NCBI GenBank assembly: GCA_021613535.1
Contig: CP075492.1
Span: 19,282,001-19,346,000 of the forward strand
From: Adineta vaga
Lineage: Eukaryota > Animalia > Rotifera
DNA: 64,000 bases
Direction: 5' to 3'
Under the pieces are notes generated by a model, which was given only the letters and a program-made list of their open reading frames with translations, did no database searches and was not told the DNA's origin. How positions within the stretch are numbered: position 1 is the stretch's first letter; each line of letters begins with the position of its first letter. Positions 51,806 through 62,483 of the stretch are shown piece by piece. Made by a program: the position numbers and the translations under genes.

Positions 51806-51884
51806 ATGAGGGTGTGGGTGGGTGTGGGTGAGGGTGGGTGGGTGTTTATCATTAACTCACGCACCCACCCACACCCACCCTCAT
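51806..51884. repeat. GT/CA hairpin element
   Basis: atgagggtgtgggtgggtgtgggtgagggtgggtgggtgt...gcacccacccacacccaccctcat. Confidence 0.92.
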
Positions 51885-53260
51885 CAGAAACAAAAATTTG
51901 TCACATATCAATCTCTTCTTAACAATCAGTTAGTATATTTTGGTGGTAATTATGCTTATGAATACTCATTTATTAAATGGTTGTCCAATTCAATTTCGTA
52001 TCTGCATAGTGGATTCGAAAACTTCAGCAAATGCTACAATGATACTAAGAAATGGACGATAGATAATCATGACGACAATGATGGAAAGTTGTCTCCGACA
52101 CGTATCCAAGACTTCTGGTTTCTTTATAACTTTATTACTATTTCATTTTTTTATACAAATATAAAAATATTGCAAATTCCTTCCTGTTGGTGAGCATAAT
52201 ATTCTTTCATTGTATTTACGATTCATGGGAATTTCTTACAATATTTTCACAGTGATCGGCAAGAGCTAGTTCAACTGATGAATCAGCAATTTGAACCATT
52301 GAACATGCAGTTTGCAAATTTTTGGGCGTCTCATGCTCAGCATCATGCCTGTAATTCTCTATGCTCAAAAGTCTTTGTAACGGATGGCTTTCAGAAACCA
52401 AGTCGTTTCATATGTGGTAATGTCGAAATGACTGTCCACAATGAAGAACTTGGTAAGCAGTAGGAGGTTTCCAATCCTATTCAATTATATACTAACTTTT
52501 TATTAATCAAGGGGTTATTCAAGTTGGATACGGCAATCGCCCTGACTACGGAACAAAACGGAAAAACATGGAAGATTGTGGAGATGAATGTTCGAGCAGT
52601 TCAGTAGAGGGTGAGAGTCATGAGACAGAAATTTCAATATGTAAAACATGCAAGGCAAATCCAGCTGTCCACAAAGTAGAAAAAGAGCTGATAATAAATA
52701 CCGAATGTAATATAAATCGCAATCCACGATTTGTCAATGGAAAAGTCAGATCATACGGTCTTATTTATACAATGTACAACTGTGGAATTGTGGTCGATTG
52801 CTTAGAAATTAATTTATCGGAACAAGTATATATTACCTTGCTCCATTGGATAAACATGTTGAAAAAATTTGAAGATTTAACCAAAATACCATCCGTTTTC
52901 GTGTATGATAATGCTTGTAGAGTTTGGATGGATGTTAAAAATCGTCTTCACCAAACAAAAACAATTGTACCAACTCCAACGGCTCTGTTTCTCGATTCTT
53001 GTGATATGTATATCGATCGTTTACACCAGAGGACACACACTCGATCAATGTGTCGATTAGAGCGAAATATCAACTTACGTTCAGATTTGAAAAACATCCA
53101 CCCAATTATTTGTGAACAAACGAACTCATGGCTGAGACAGTATATAAACATGCTATGTAATTTCTCTAGAGAGCGATCGAAATTTTACTACTTATTTTTA
53201 TTTCATCTTTTGAATTGTAGACGCTGTAGTTTTGATCCGGAAAAAAATCCATTATTTTAA
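51885..53260 (+). mobile_element. 5'-truncated KDZ (Kyakuja-Dileera-Zisupton)-type transposase gene with two introns
   Basis: VFVTDGFQK, FVYDNAC, IDRLHQRTH..C, ICEQTNSWL; introns near 52190-52252 and 52453-52511 keep the frame. Confidence 0.75.
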
Positions 53261-53749
53261 AATAAACTTACGTTCTTGTTTTATCAATATCGACCAGCAT
53301 TTTGATGAGCTCAGCTATGTTGGAGACATGTATTAAATAATTAAAAGGACTAAAGGGACTAAAACGCTTTACATGTCAGATCTAAAGTTACACAAAGATA
53401 AAATTTATTTTTCGTGGACCCCTCATATGAAATAATTAAAGTATAAACTGCCGAATCGTTATGTGCAAAACAATAATAAGCAGACGTAAATATAACATGT
53501 CTCGCCTGAATATGATTTTAATGTTGTTAGGAAAAACTCAGTCTCGTCACAATGAATCATTCTCATCCTAAGATATAAAATGTTCAACGATGAAGAAAAC
53601 ATCCATGGTATTTTTCTAATAATGCTTCGAGCAATTGAAGTTTTATTTTCTCTTTAAAAACTGTATATAGATTAGTTTGCTTCAGACAAGTATATCTCAT
53701 GTCAATTTATTTTTCGTTTGAACCATATCATCACCCTCGGACTTCTGAA

Positions 53750-55000
53750 CTATGTAGCCCATGGCGAATTATGGTCATGAACATGGGTTGTTAATTGATT
53801 CTTCATTAAATCACGAAGATCCTCTTTTGTGACTGGTTTATTCATCACGTTCATAACAGCCATAGCTGTTTGTTTTGAATTAGGATACCGCCTATCATGA
53901 CGTAATCGATAAACGTACCAGTGACTATCTCTGTAATAACATGAAACAATTTTGTTATCATATTTTTGCAAATACGACGAGTAACGCATCGTCGCAAACG
54001 GCCTATCCATACGACTGAGAACGAGATGAACTTTCTTCTCCTGATGTGTACCATTGTCGACAATGTTCAAACGAAAATCGATCGTCTCGTTTTCCTTCCA
54101 CTTCAATACGTCTGGACATTCACCAGTTCTGTACGGCTTTCGTTCTGGTAAAAAAAAGAGTCCTTCAACTTCATGAGGTATGCTTGCACGAAATTCCCGG
54201 CTAAGCAGTTTGTCCATGTCTGGTAAGCGAAAAAACTGTTTGATTCGTATGCGAAACGGCTGCGTTCCCTTTGTAATGGCATTATTGTGTATGTTGACGA
54301 TCGATTCAGAAATGAGCTTCAAACGGTCCTGAAATGGATGAGCGGTCACGTCTGTACCATTATAAATGATGATATCGTTGATAAAAAAGCTAGCCTTGTT
54401 CGAACCATTGATTTTATCACTTACAACTTCACCATCGACTAATGTGTCCTTTAGATGAGTTGTATTGGCCGCATCGTATGGAAATCGAATCTCATCAACG
54501 CTGAATAGATCATTACCTTGGTTGAGCATGTACACTTTATTTTCTTCTTCAATTAACATCATGTACCGTTTACCAACCGGTTTCCAAGTGACCACATAGG
54601 GCAATTGCAAAATGTTGGCATAATTTTCACGATGCATTGGTACAGGCTCAGATCCCGGAAATCGTTGGCAAGACCACAGACATAACTCCCGATATTTTTG
54701 TTGGAGTTTTTCCCGCAATGGTTTGTAACGGACGGGTCTCACCTCAGGCAAGGGAAGAAAAAATTCTGGTGCGGTTGACCGTTGTGGTGCTTTACGAAAT
54801 CGTTTATCTGGTCGGTTAGAAGCATGATGCTGGTAACAACGTTTGTTACCTTCACTTGTGGTAGATCGATCATCCGATTCCACTTGATAGTCACTATTTG
54901 TCGGGTACTGTTGAGGCAATGTTGGCTTCAAAATAGATAAGAAAAAACAAAGATGTATTATTATGAGCTGCCGTTCGGTTAGGCCATAGAGTGATCTCAT
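53750..55000 (-). CDS. mRNA capping guanylyltransferase-like protein (NTase + OB domains), divergent; 5' exon structure uncertain
   Basis: FPGSEPV, YVVTWKPVG (motif I), TLVDGE (III), INDII (IIIa), EGLFF (IV), VLKWK..TIDF (V), RLRHDR..PN (VI). Confidence 0.85.
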   Translation of the reverse strand: MRSLYGLTERQLIIIHLCFFLSILKPTLPQQYPTNSDYQVESDDRSTTSEGNKRCYQHHASNRPDKRFRKAPQRSTAPEFFLPLPEVRPVRYKPLREKLQQKYRELCLWSCQRFPGSEPVPMHRENYANILQLPYVVTWKPVGKRYMMLIEEENKVYMLNQGNDLFSVDEIRFPYDAANTTHLKDTLVDGEVVSDKINGSNKASFFINDIIIYNGTDVTAHPFQDRLKLISESIVNIHNNAITKGTQPFRIRIKQFFRLPDMDKLLSREFRASIPHEVEGLFFLPERKPYRTGECPDVLKWKENETIDFRLNIVDNGTHQEKKVHLVLSRMDRPFATMRYSSYLQKYDNKIVSCYYRDSHWYVYRLRHDRRYPNSKQTAMAVMNVMNKPVTKEDLRDLMKNQLTTHVHDHNSPWAT

Positions 55001-55336
55001 CTGTAGACTTTCCTTTTTCTTTCCACCTCCATCTTTTCTTTACCATCCCTCCATGAGACCATAGTCGTCATTATTCTCACTCACTCTCTCTCTCAGTCAT
55101 TTGCTACAGCTTTCAGCAAATGATAGTTGTCCTTTTAACAATTGTCTTCATTCTCTTTTATTTCCACTTGATAGTGGGACATAAAGTTCTTAAACCATCA
55201 CATATAGAACCGATCGAAGTAATTTAACACTTTCGCAATATGGAATTGATTACGTAGTTCTCTATTCTGCCATCAATTTTCGATGTGTTCTCAAGTCCGT
55301 TGAAGTTCTTTCTGGTAGCTTATTTACGTAAGAAAT

Positions 55337-56341
55337 CTAGAATTCTGTCAATCTACTTACCGAGCCTTGTTCGGATCGATGAGGTTTCATCGCACTACTG
55401 CTGCTACCTTCAACCGATCGCGTACATTTCAGTTTCGTAATCGCACCATCTATAATCGTCAAAAGCTTCAACTCTGTTAAAATTTCGATTTGCTTTTCAG
55501 CCTCTTCGTCTCTCTCGTCTCTGATACGTTCTTCAGTTTGTTGTATTTTTTTCGGTAATTTTTTTACGTCATCAAATTTCAAATTGGCCATTCCATTGAT
55601 CAGCTCTTCTTCGACGTAGGAAAGATTCATCACAATACTGCTCTCTTCAACTGATCGGGTGGATTTCAGTTCCGTAATTGTTTCATCTAAAAGCGTCAAA
55701 CGCTTCAACTCTGTCAAAATCTCCATTTGCTTTTCAGCCTCTTCCGCTCCGTCGTCTCCGATACGTTCTTGAGTTTGTTGTATCTTTTCTGGTAACTTAT
55801 TCGTACCATCGATCAGGAACTTCGTCAATCCATCGTTTAACACCTTTTCGAGTTGATAAAGTTTCTCCACACTAGTACTGTCTTCATCCGCTTGACGACA
55901 TTTCAGTTTCGTAACTGTGCCATCTAAGAGCACTAAAGCTTTTAGCTGTGTCAGCATCTGCATTTCCTCTCTGTTCATTATTCGAGAGTGTTCGATACGT
56001 TCTTGAGTTTGTTGAGTTTTTTCTGATAATTTATCCATGCCATCAACCTTTAACTTTGCCATTTGGGTGACCAACTCCTGTTCAAGTACAGAAATAATAG
56101 ATTTGTCTTGAATTGGCGAGTTGGAAGCGATAGATTTCAGTGTAACATCATCATGAATGGGAAAATCTTGAAGTTCAGACTGTCGAGAATGTACATCTTC
56201 GTCGTCCGTCCTATTAGGTGATTGATCAAATGTTTGTTCTGCTTTATTCCGCATACGATATGCTTCTGCCATGATCTTGCAACCGTATTGATGCAGGAGA
56301 AGTTGAGTATTTTTTGTTTCACAAAGGTCTGAATTATCCAC
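55337..56341 (-). CDS. Helical protein with three tandem 78-79 aa repeats (likely an internal exon)
   Basis: KLxxKxQQTxERI recurs at 234 and 237 nt spacing (55994, 55760, 55523); non-ATG ORF start; donor gtaagt near 55360. Confidence 0.65.
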   Translation of the reverse strand: MDNSDLCETKNTQLLLHQYGCKIMAEAYRMRNKAEQTFDQSPNRTDDEDVHSRQSELQDFPIHDDVTLKSIASNSPIQDKSIISVLEQELVTQMAKLKVDGMDKLSEKTQQTQERIEHSRIMNREEMQMLTQLKALVLLDGTVTKLKCRQADEDSTSVEKLYQLEKVLNDGLTKFLIDGTNKLPEKIQQTQERIGDDGAEEAEKQMEILTELKRLTLLDETITELKSTRSVEESSIVMNLSYVEEELINGMANLKFDDVKKLPKKIQQTEERIRDERDEEAEKQIEILTELKLLTIIDGAITKLKCTRSVEGSSSSAMKPHRSEQGSVSRLTEF

Positions 56342-56641
56342 GTTTCAGGATCGAACACTATAATACAAAATGTAAGTGTAAGTTAGAAGAGTTACTAACG
56401 TGCTTTTTGTTCGATCACTGTTTCATGAAGCATTTTGAAGAAAATGTAACTCGATCTCATTATTGAAACCCCGTACATGTCTCATTCACAGTCAGAGAAA
56501 AAGCTAAAAGGAACGCATAAAAAAGCGTAGAAATTTTATAACAAAAATAAAATTGTAAAAAACGCACATTTTTTACATGCTAACGACGCGTTAACGTCTC
56601 TTATTGCGTTTCTTCGTTGTTGGGATATTCCATGCGCCGTC

Positions 56642-56707
56642 GTGGGTGTGGGTAATACTCTTATTTTCACCCTCAAGATCCATACCCACACCCACACCCT
56701 TAAAATC
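56642..56707. repeat. GT/CA hairpin element with doubled right arm
   Basis: gtgggtgtgggtaatactc..caccctcaagatccatacccacacccacacccttaaaatc. Confidence 0.85.
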
Positions 56708-57010
56708 GAACCGTTGAATTCGATGATTGAAACAATCAGCAATATAAAGATTTCCTTCGAAATCAAATGATAAACCACAAAGAAAAGACAATTGATTCAA
56801 TTCATTTTCTTCACCATTTTCACTTAGAAGAATTTCTCCTTTTCTTTCATATTTGATTTCCATCTTATAATACGATGATTTCCTCAATCAGCAATGAAAA
56901 TATATTTACTTTGATCAATAAATATTCTATAAGGATCAGAGAGTTGATTGAATTTATCTTCTCTTCTATTACCTTCCGCAACAGTTTTTCCTTCTATTGT
57001 TTCCATTTAT
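56703..57010 (-). pseudogene. Degraded NHL-repeat gene fragment
   Basis: GLSFDFEGNLYIADCFNHRIQRFD, similar to the end of 3779-4834; frameshifts upstream. Confidence 0.75.
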
Positions 57011-57696
57011 TGAATTTGATATCTAAACAAAAAAAACGACGCAACATATTAAATTGAATTTTTGTTTGAAATTATCTAACAAACATAAATCTTATTTCGA
57101 TTTTCATTGATTTTCTTTCTACAAACTGAAAATTCTAATCGTATTTTATTTTTCATAAAAATTGTTGATCATAATTATTAAATTTTTTTCGAAACAAATC
57201 AAATTTGATTAATTCAATAAAAGAAAAAGAATAAAACTTACTTGATAATACAAATGAAGCAGAATTCGATGTTGAAATTGTTAATTTATCGAGTACAAGT
57301 AATGAATTCGTTAAAGGAGAGACAAATATTTCATACGGTGCTTCTGTTGTTCTCTTAAATAAATGATAAATAAATCTTTAGTCACTTTTCATTTATTAAT
57401 AATTTAAAAATAAGTTCGAGGAAGAAGAAGAATTTGATTTTCATTTTGAAAATATGAATAAGAACGAATTGATTTTCTATTTAAACATTCAATATTAAAT
57501 ATTTGTTCGATCATCATTAGTTCGAATAAATCTTTCCATAACATTCATTTTATCAGTATATGAACTTAATTTCCCACGAAAAATAATCATCATTTAAATT
57601 TCCATGAATATTACCTATGTGAGTTTAAAAAAAAGAAAAGATGAAATTAAAATTTCAATAAAGATATCTTTTCTTTTTTTTAGAAAATTATTAATC

Positions 57697-58732
57697 TCAT
57701 TTAGAGTTCATAAATAAGAAATGAGAAGTGTTATTTTTTTTTTGACATAAAGATTTGTTACATGATGAACGAAAAGAATGACATATATCTGTTGTAGTAT
57801 TTTCTTTTGGTGGTAACATAAAAGTTGGATGAAGACCAAGAATAATATGCCAAAGAAATTCTAAACTTCCACCAAACCATTTTTTTCCTAATTTACCAGG
57901 TATTTCTTGATCTAATGGTGATGTACAATATGGTTGAAGACTTGCATTATAAATTGATGACCATTGTTCATATGTATAATGTAAAATACGTTCTTTTCGT
58001 ACATAAAATTGTGCACAACATCTTGTTGAAATAAGACTTTGTTCTTTTGGTTGAATATTATATGGATTTAATTGAGAATCACCATCATAACCAAATAAAC
58101 TTAAGATATATTTTGCACAATTATACATTAATGTATTATTATTAATTGGATCACGAACTTCCGATAACCATATATGATCTTGAACCCAAAAAGAATTAAT
58201 ACTTGTATAAAAAACATCATCACGAATACATTGTGCTACTTCAATTGGAGCATATGAATGTTTAAATGGATTTGCATGAATAAATAACATTTTATCAGGT
58301 AAATCATGATAAAAATCATAAATAAATTTTAAATAAACACCTGCTTCTTCATGAACATTTTTACAATATGACCAATTATATGGTGAATTGGAATTGGGAT
58401 CCAATCGTTGATATAAATAAATATCATATGATCTATTTCGATTATTAGGAATGAAATCAAGTCCATAACGTAACCAGAGTGGCCATTGTGTAGAATTAAA
58501 CCAATCAATTTCTTTATATATGGCTGGAATAATTACAAGACGATCTTTTTTCCATCGACTTATTTTTTCATTTGAATTTGTAATTAATGAAATTCTTTGT
58601 GATTTATAAAGATTTAATATAAATAATATTCCAATAAAATTTAAAAATAAAGAAATATTTCTAAAAACATTCAATTGATTGATACTATTTTTTAATCTTG
58701 ATTTTGAGAAAAACTTACTTAATTCGATTCAT
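57697..58732 (-). CDS. DUF3431-like type II membrane protein
   Basis: HEEAGVYLKFIYDFYHDLP..FIHA, CCAQFYV..ERI, LEFLWHIILG; the listed ORF starts at TTG, and an ATG at 58732 joins in frame via a very short GT-AG intron (uncertain). Confidence 0.75.
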
Positions 58733-59564
58733 TCAAATAGAAACTCAATTAAATGGGGATTTTTCTTTCCAAAAAGAAATGCAAAATTCCATTTAAACTT
58801 TCTCTTTTAAAATATGTATTATTGAATGAAAAGAAAAAACTGTAAAACATTATTTTTCTTTCTCATTCTGTCTTTTTAATGTCAACTTCATAGTCTAGAA
58901 CATTCGATTCCATTTGTAATGAAAATTAAAGTGAATTTTGTAAGGATGAGTTGATCAGCGAGAAGACGTCATATGTCTATGTCAAATGAAAGCTATTATC
59001 ATCCAACTAGCAAGCTTAAAATATTAGTTGTTCATGGCATCTCTAGAGGGAGATATTCGATTTATACAGTACTCAAAATTTATGTATAAAATTTTTCCCT
59101 TTTCAGAAAGAAAGGGTTATAGGCTCTTAAAATCGTTAAAGTTTGTTTGTCTAATCCAATCAGATTGCAGCATTTCATAAATCGATGAAAACTTAACAAT
59201 GGTCATCAGAAAATAAATCACCTAAAGGTTTTTAAGGTCGAGAATTACGAATCCGATACTAGGGCAGCATTTTCAAATATAGATTGTAACGACGAAAAAG
59301 AGCAGATAGATGGTGTATCACATCAATCTACCAGAGAAACATTTTTATATAATGTACTAACGTAGAATGAGATTTGTCAAGTAATCTTTGTCTTTCATCT
59401 CATCCTAATTTGTTCGTAATAGAAGATATCGATGATCATGTCATATGAATTTATTTTTCAAAAAAAAACTAAGGTTAAAAAAATTGCTTGCGGGAGTATT
59501 TAACGAATGAATAATGAAAAGAATATGAATTAGAACAAACAAAAAAAAAGATGCTGAAAACTGT

Positions 59565-59872
59565 TTAGTTGATAAATAGTTTGATGATTATCAATCCAAC
59601 CAAGAAAGAAACGAATGTCAAATTGATGGTAGCAGTAGCTCTAATCGATGTGGTGGGTTTAGGTTCATTTCGTATAGCAACTTCGCTACATTCAGAAGAT
59701 GTTACATTATTAAGTTGAATCGTACGACTATCTTGACTAAGTGTAATATCAATTGAATCTCCCAAAAATAATAGTATGCTACTGAAATCACTAGGAATAG
59801 GAATAGTTTCATTGAGCAAAAATGTTGTACCAGGACATGTAAATTGACTTTGAACATGCAATGTATTCGTAT
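59565..59872 (-). pseudogene. Isolated C-terminal exon of a probably GPI/TM-anchored protein
   Basis: Two Cys, S/T-rich linker and hydrophobic C-terminus; the frame begins at a hairpin element. Confidence 0.4.
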
Positions 59873-59912
59873 TTAGGGTGTGCGTGTACTATCTTATCCC
59901 ACACCCACCCAC
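59871..59912. repeat. GT/CA hairpin element (short)
   Basis: atttagggtgtgcgtgtactatcttatcccacacccacccac. Confidence 0.7.
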
Positions 59913-60206
59913 TGTATTTGCAACTGATGTAAATCACACTTTCTTAGGACATACTATGGCATCATTTTCGATCAATATTAACTCGGGTGTAGAATGCCTA
60001 AAATAAGATTCGATAGAATTAGATGATAGACTGTCGTGATTACTTCTGAGCACATCTAACAGAATTTAGTCGAATGTCGTGAAAACCAATGCGTCATTTT
60101 TACGATGAAGAATGATTTGTATGGTATCTTTTGTTGATTGACAACCAAGTATTTTTTTGGCTATAAAAATGAGCAAATATTACTCATCATAGAAGAGAAC
60201 AAATAA

Positions 60207-61973
60207 ATGATTCTTTTACAAATAAAAGAAAATTTTTTATCGAATACATATCATTCAAAGAATTGCTCCATAATGTTGAGTTGCTTTTTCTCTATTTTCG
60301 TATTCTTCCTCGCTATTACCGATACTTTGACAAAATGCGACTCAAACCAATGCTCTCAAGAGATGGATGTCACGTCAATCAGAGTTCTTTCCACAATCAC
60401 TAGTATTGATGGTATACAAACTGGTGATTATTCATTTATTTATGCTCAATTACTCAAAGAACTATTGCTTAGAATGGAATTTGATCAACAAAATTCTAAG
60501 AACGAATTCATTAATTTTTTCAAGGAAACAACTGAACTCAACCAAAACAATGATATGGTCGAGCTTGATAAATTTGGTCGGGAGTATGATAAACATTCAA
60601 TTATCTGGTGGTACACGCGTCCTGGTTTCATTCATCATACAATTAATGAGGCTCTACGCATTCAGGATGTTCTTAATTTATTACGTATGGGATTTCTAAT
60701 ACAGAAACTTCATCGACAATTGGAACATATTAGTCGTAATAGTGATGAAGTAACGAGTACATTAACTGTCTATCTTGGCCAAGGTTTGACTTATGTTGAT
60801 TACGGTAATTTGAAGAAAACTGCAAATAATGAATATTTATCATTTAATACATTCATTTCGGTGAACACAAATTATGAACAAGCTGTCAAGAATGCTCGTC
60901 AAGCGCTCCGCGATGGATTTGAAACAGCTGTACTATTTTCTATCATAGTTGAATCATCAACCAGTATTTCAGTCCCATTCGCTTGTATTGATGATCTTAG
61001 TTACTTTGATAACTCAGAAGACGAATACATATTTTCCATAAATACTGTATTCCGGATCGAACAGGTAGAGGCGTTGAAAGGTAAGAATAGTATTTTACAC
61101 GTGAAATTACGTCCAATTAGTATTCGTGATAAGCATTTACGACAAATTATGCAAGCAACACGAAAAAATATTGAAGGATCGACGTTAATGTTTGAAATGG
61201 CGAAATTGATAATGCTCATGGAACAATATTCCACAGCTGAAATCCTCTACAATCGTCTACTCAATGAAACATTACAAACTGATATTGAAAATATAGAGCT
61301 TATTTATCATCAGCTAGCTACGATTCGAGAGAAGAAGAACGATACTGTCGGAGCAATTGATTTGTACGAGCGTACATTAGAGATTGCTAAAAGTCATCGT
61401 CAAATGAATGATTCAATATTTCAACTTATTTTATTGAAAATTGCAGGTCTTCTACAAGCTCAAAAGAAATTCGACGCTGCTATGGAAAGGTTCCAAGAGG
61501 CATTGCGTCTAGAGCTGCAAACAACTGCGCCTAACTATCGACAACGATCAAAAATATATAATGATATAGGAGTCTTATTAAATGAGCAGAAGAGATACGA
61601 TGAATCTCTAGGGTATCAAGAAAAGTCACTTGCCATCGATCGTGAATATACACCAAATGATCATATGAATCTTGCAATTACTTATTATAACATGGCGTCT
61701 AGTTATAAAAATATGAAAAACTATGAAATGGCACTCGCTTATTATCAAGAGGCGATTATTCATTTTCAACAAACAAAACCAATGCCAATAACCAACATAT
61801 TGAACAACCATTTGTTCATCGCACATATATTGAAGGAACTCGATCGTTCAGACGAAGCTGTTCAACATGCGAAAACAGCCGCCAAATTGCTACGACAAAC
61901 CATGTCGGATACTGATCCAAATGATCAAGTTTTTATAGATCGGCTAGAGCAAATGATTGATTCAGTCGAATAA
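60207..61973 (+). CDS. ADP-ribosyltransferase-like domain plus TPR repeats, predicted signal peptide (likely start 60273)
   Basis: IIWWYTR..F..INEALR, TVYLGQG, SFNTFISV, SEDEYIFS..VFRI, TPRs such as LAITYYNMASSY. Confidence 0.88.
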   Translation: MILLQIKENFLSNTYHSKNCSIMLSCFFSIFVFFLAITDTLTKCDSNQCSQEMDVTSIRVLSTITSIDGIQTGDYSFIYAQLLKELLLRMEFDQQNSKNEFINFFKETTELNQNNDMVELDKFGREYDKHSIIWWYTRPGFIHHTINEALRIQDVLNLLRMGFLIQKLHRQLEHISRNSDEVTSTLTVYLGQGLTYVDYGNLKKTANNEYLSFNTFISVNTNYEQAVKNARQALRDGFETAVLFSIIVESSTSISVPFACIDDLSYFDNSEDEYIFSINTVFRIEQVEALKGKNSILHVKLRPISIRDKHLRQIMQATRKNIEGSTLMFEMAKLIMLMEQYSTAEILYNRLLNETLQTDIENIELIYHQLATIREKKNDTVGAIDLYERTLEIAKSHRQMNDSIFQLILLKIAGLLQAQKKFDAAMERFQEALRLELQTTAPNYRQRSKIYNDIGVLLNEQKRYDESLGYQEKSLAIDREYTPNDHMNLAITYYNMASSYKNMKNYEMALAYYQEAIIHFQQTKPMPITNILNNHLFIAHILKELDRSDEAVQHAKTAAKLLRQTMSDTDPNDQVFIDRLEQMIDSVE

Positions 61974-62342
61974 AGTCAAGGGGTTTTTTCTCTTATCTAT
62001 TCAGGATATAAGTGAAGCTTGTACGCACGCCTTACTCACTCACACCCTTCATCCTTTTATTTTTCTCTATGATTTTCAACTAGTCCTAACACAAATATAT
62101 CCTTATTTATTATCTTCGCAACAAATAATTTAGGTATTTATTGGAGTGGTGTCACATATCCCGCAGATTGGGGATGGCGGGAGATGCCTGTGGATACCCT
62201 GAAAGAGTCCCTACCTAATATTATTTCGAATTTCTTACTCATTTTTGGAGTCTGTGGATAGCGGCATATGCATATCCCTAGGGAGATGACTCATATCCCG
62301 CATCTCCATCTCCCGTCTCTAAGAAGAGGGTCAGAGATGATA

Positions 62343-62483
62343 GGCGGGTATGAGTGAAAGTGGGTGGGTGAGAATGTCAATGTGTGTGCGGGTGCGGATG
62401 CGGGTGTGGGTGTGGGTAAGGATAACGATGTGGGTGGTTCTAAGATGCATGTAATACTCCCACCCACACCCACACCTTAATAT
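62343..62483. repeat. Long asymmetric GT/CA element
   Basis: About 95 bp of degenerate GGGTGT repeats followed by aatactcccacccacacccacaccttaatat. Confidence 0.8.
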
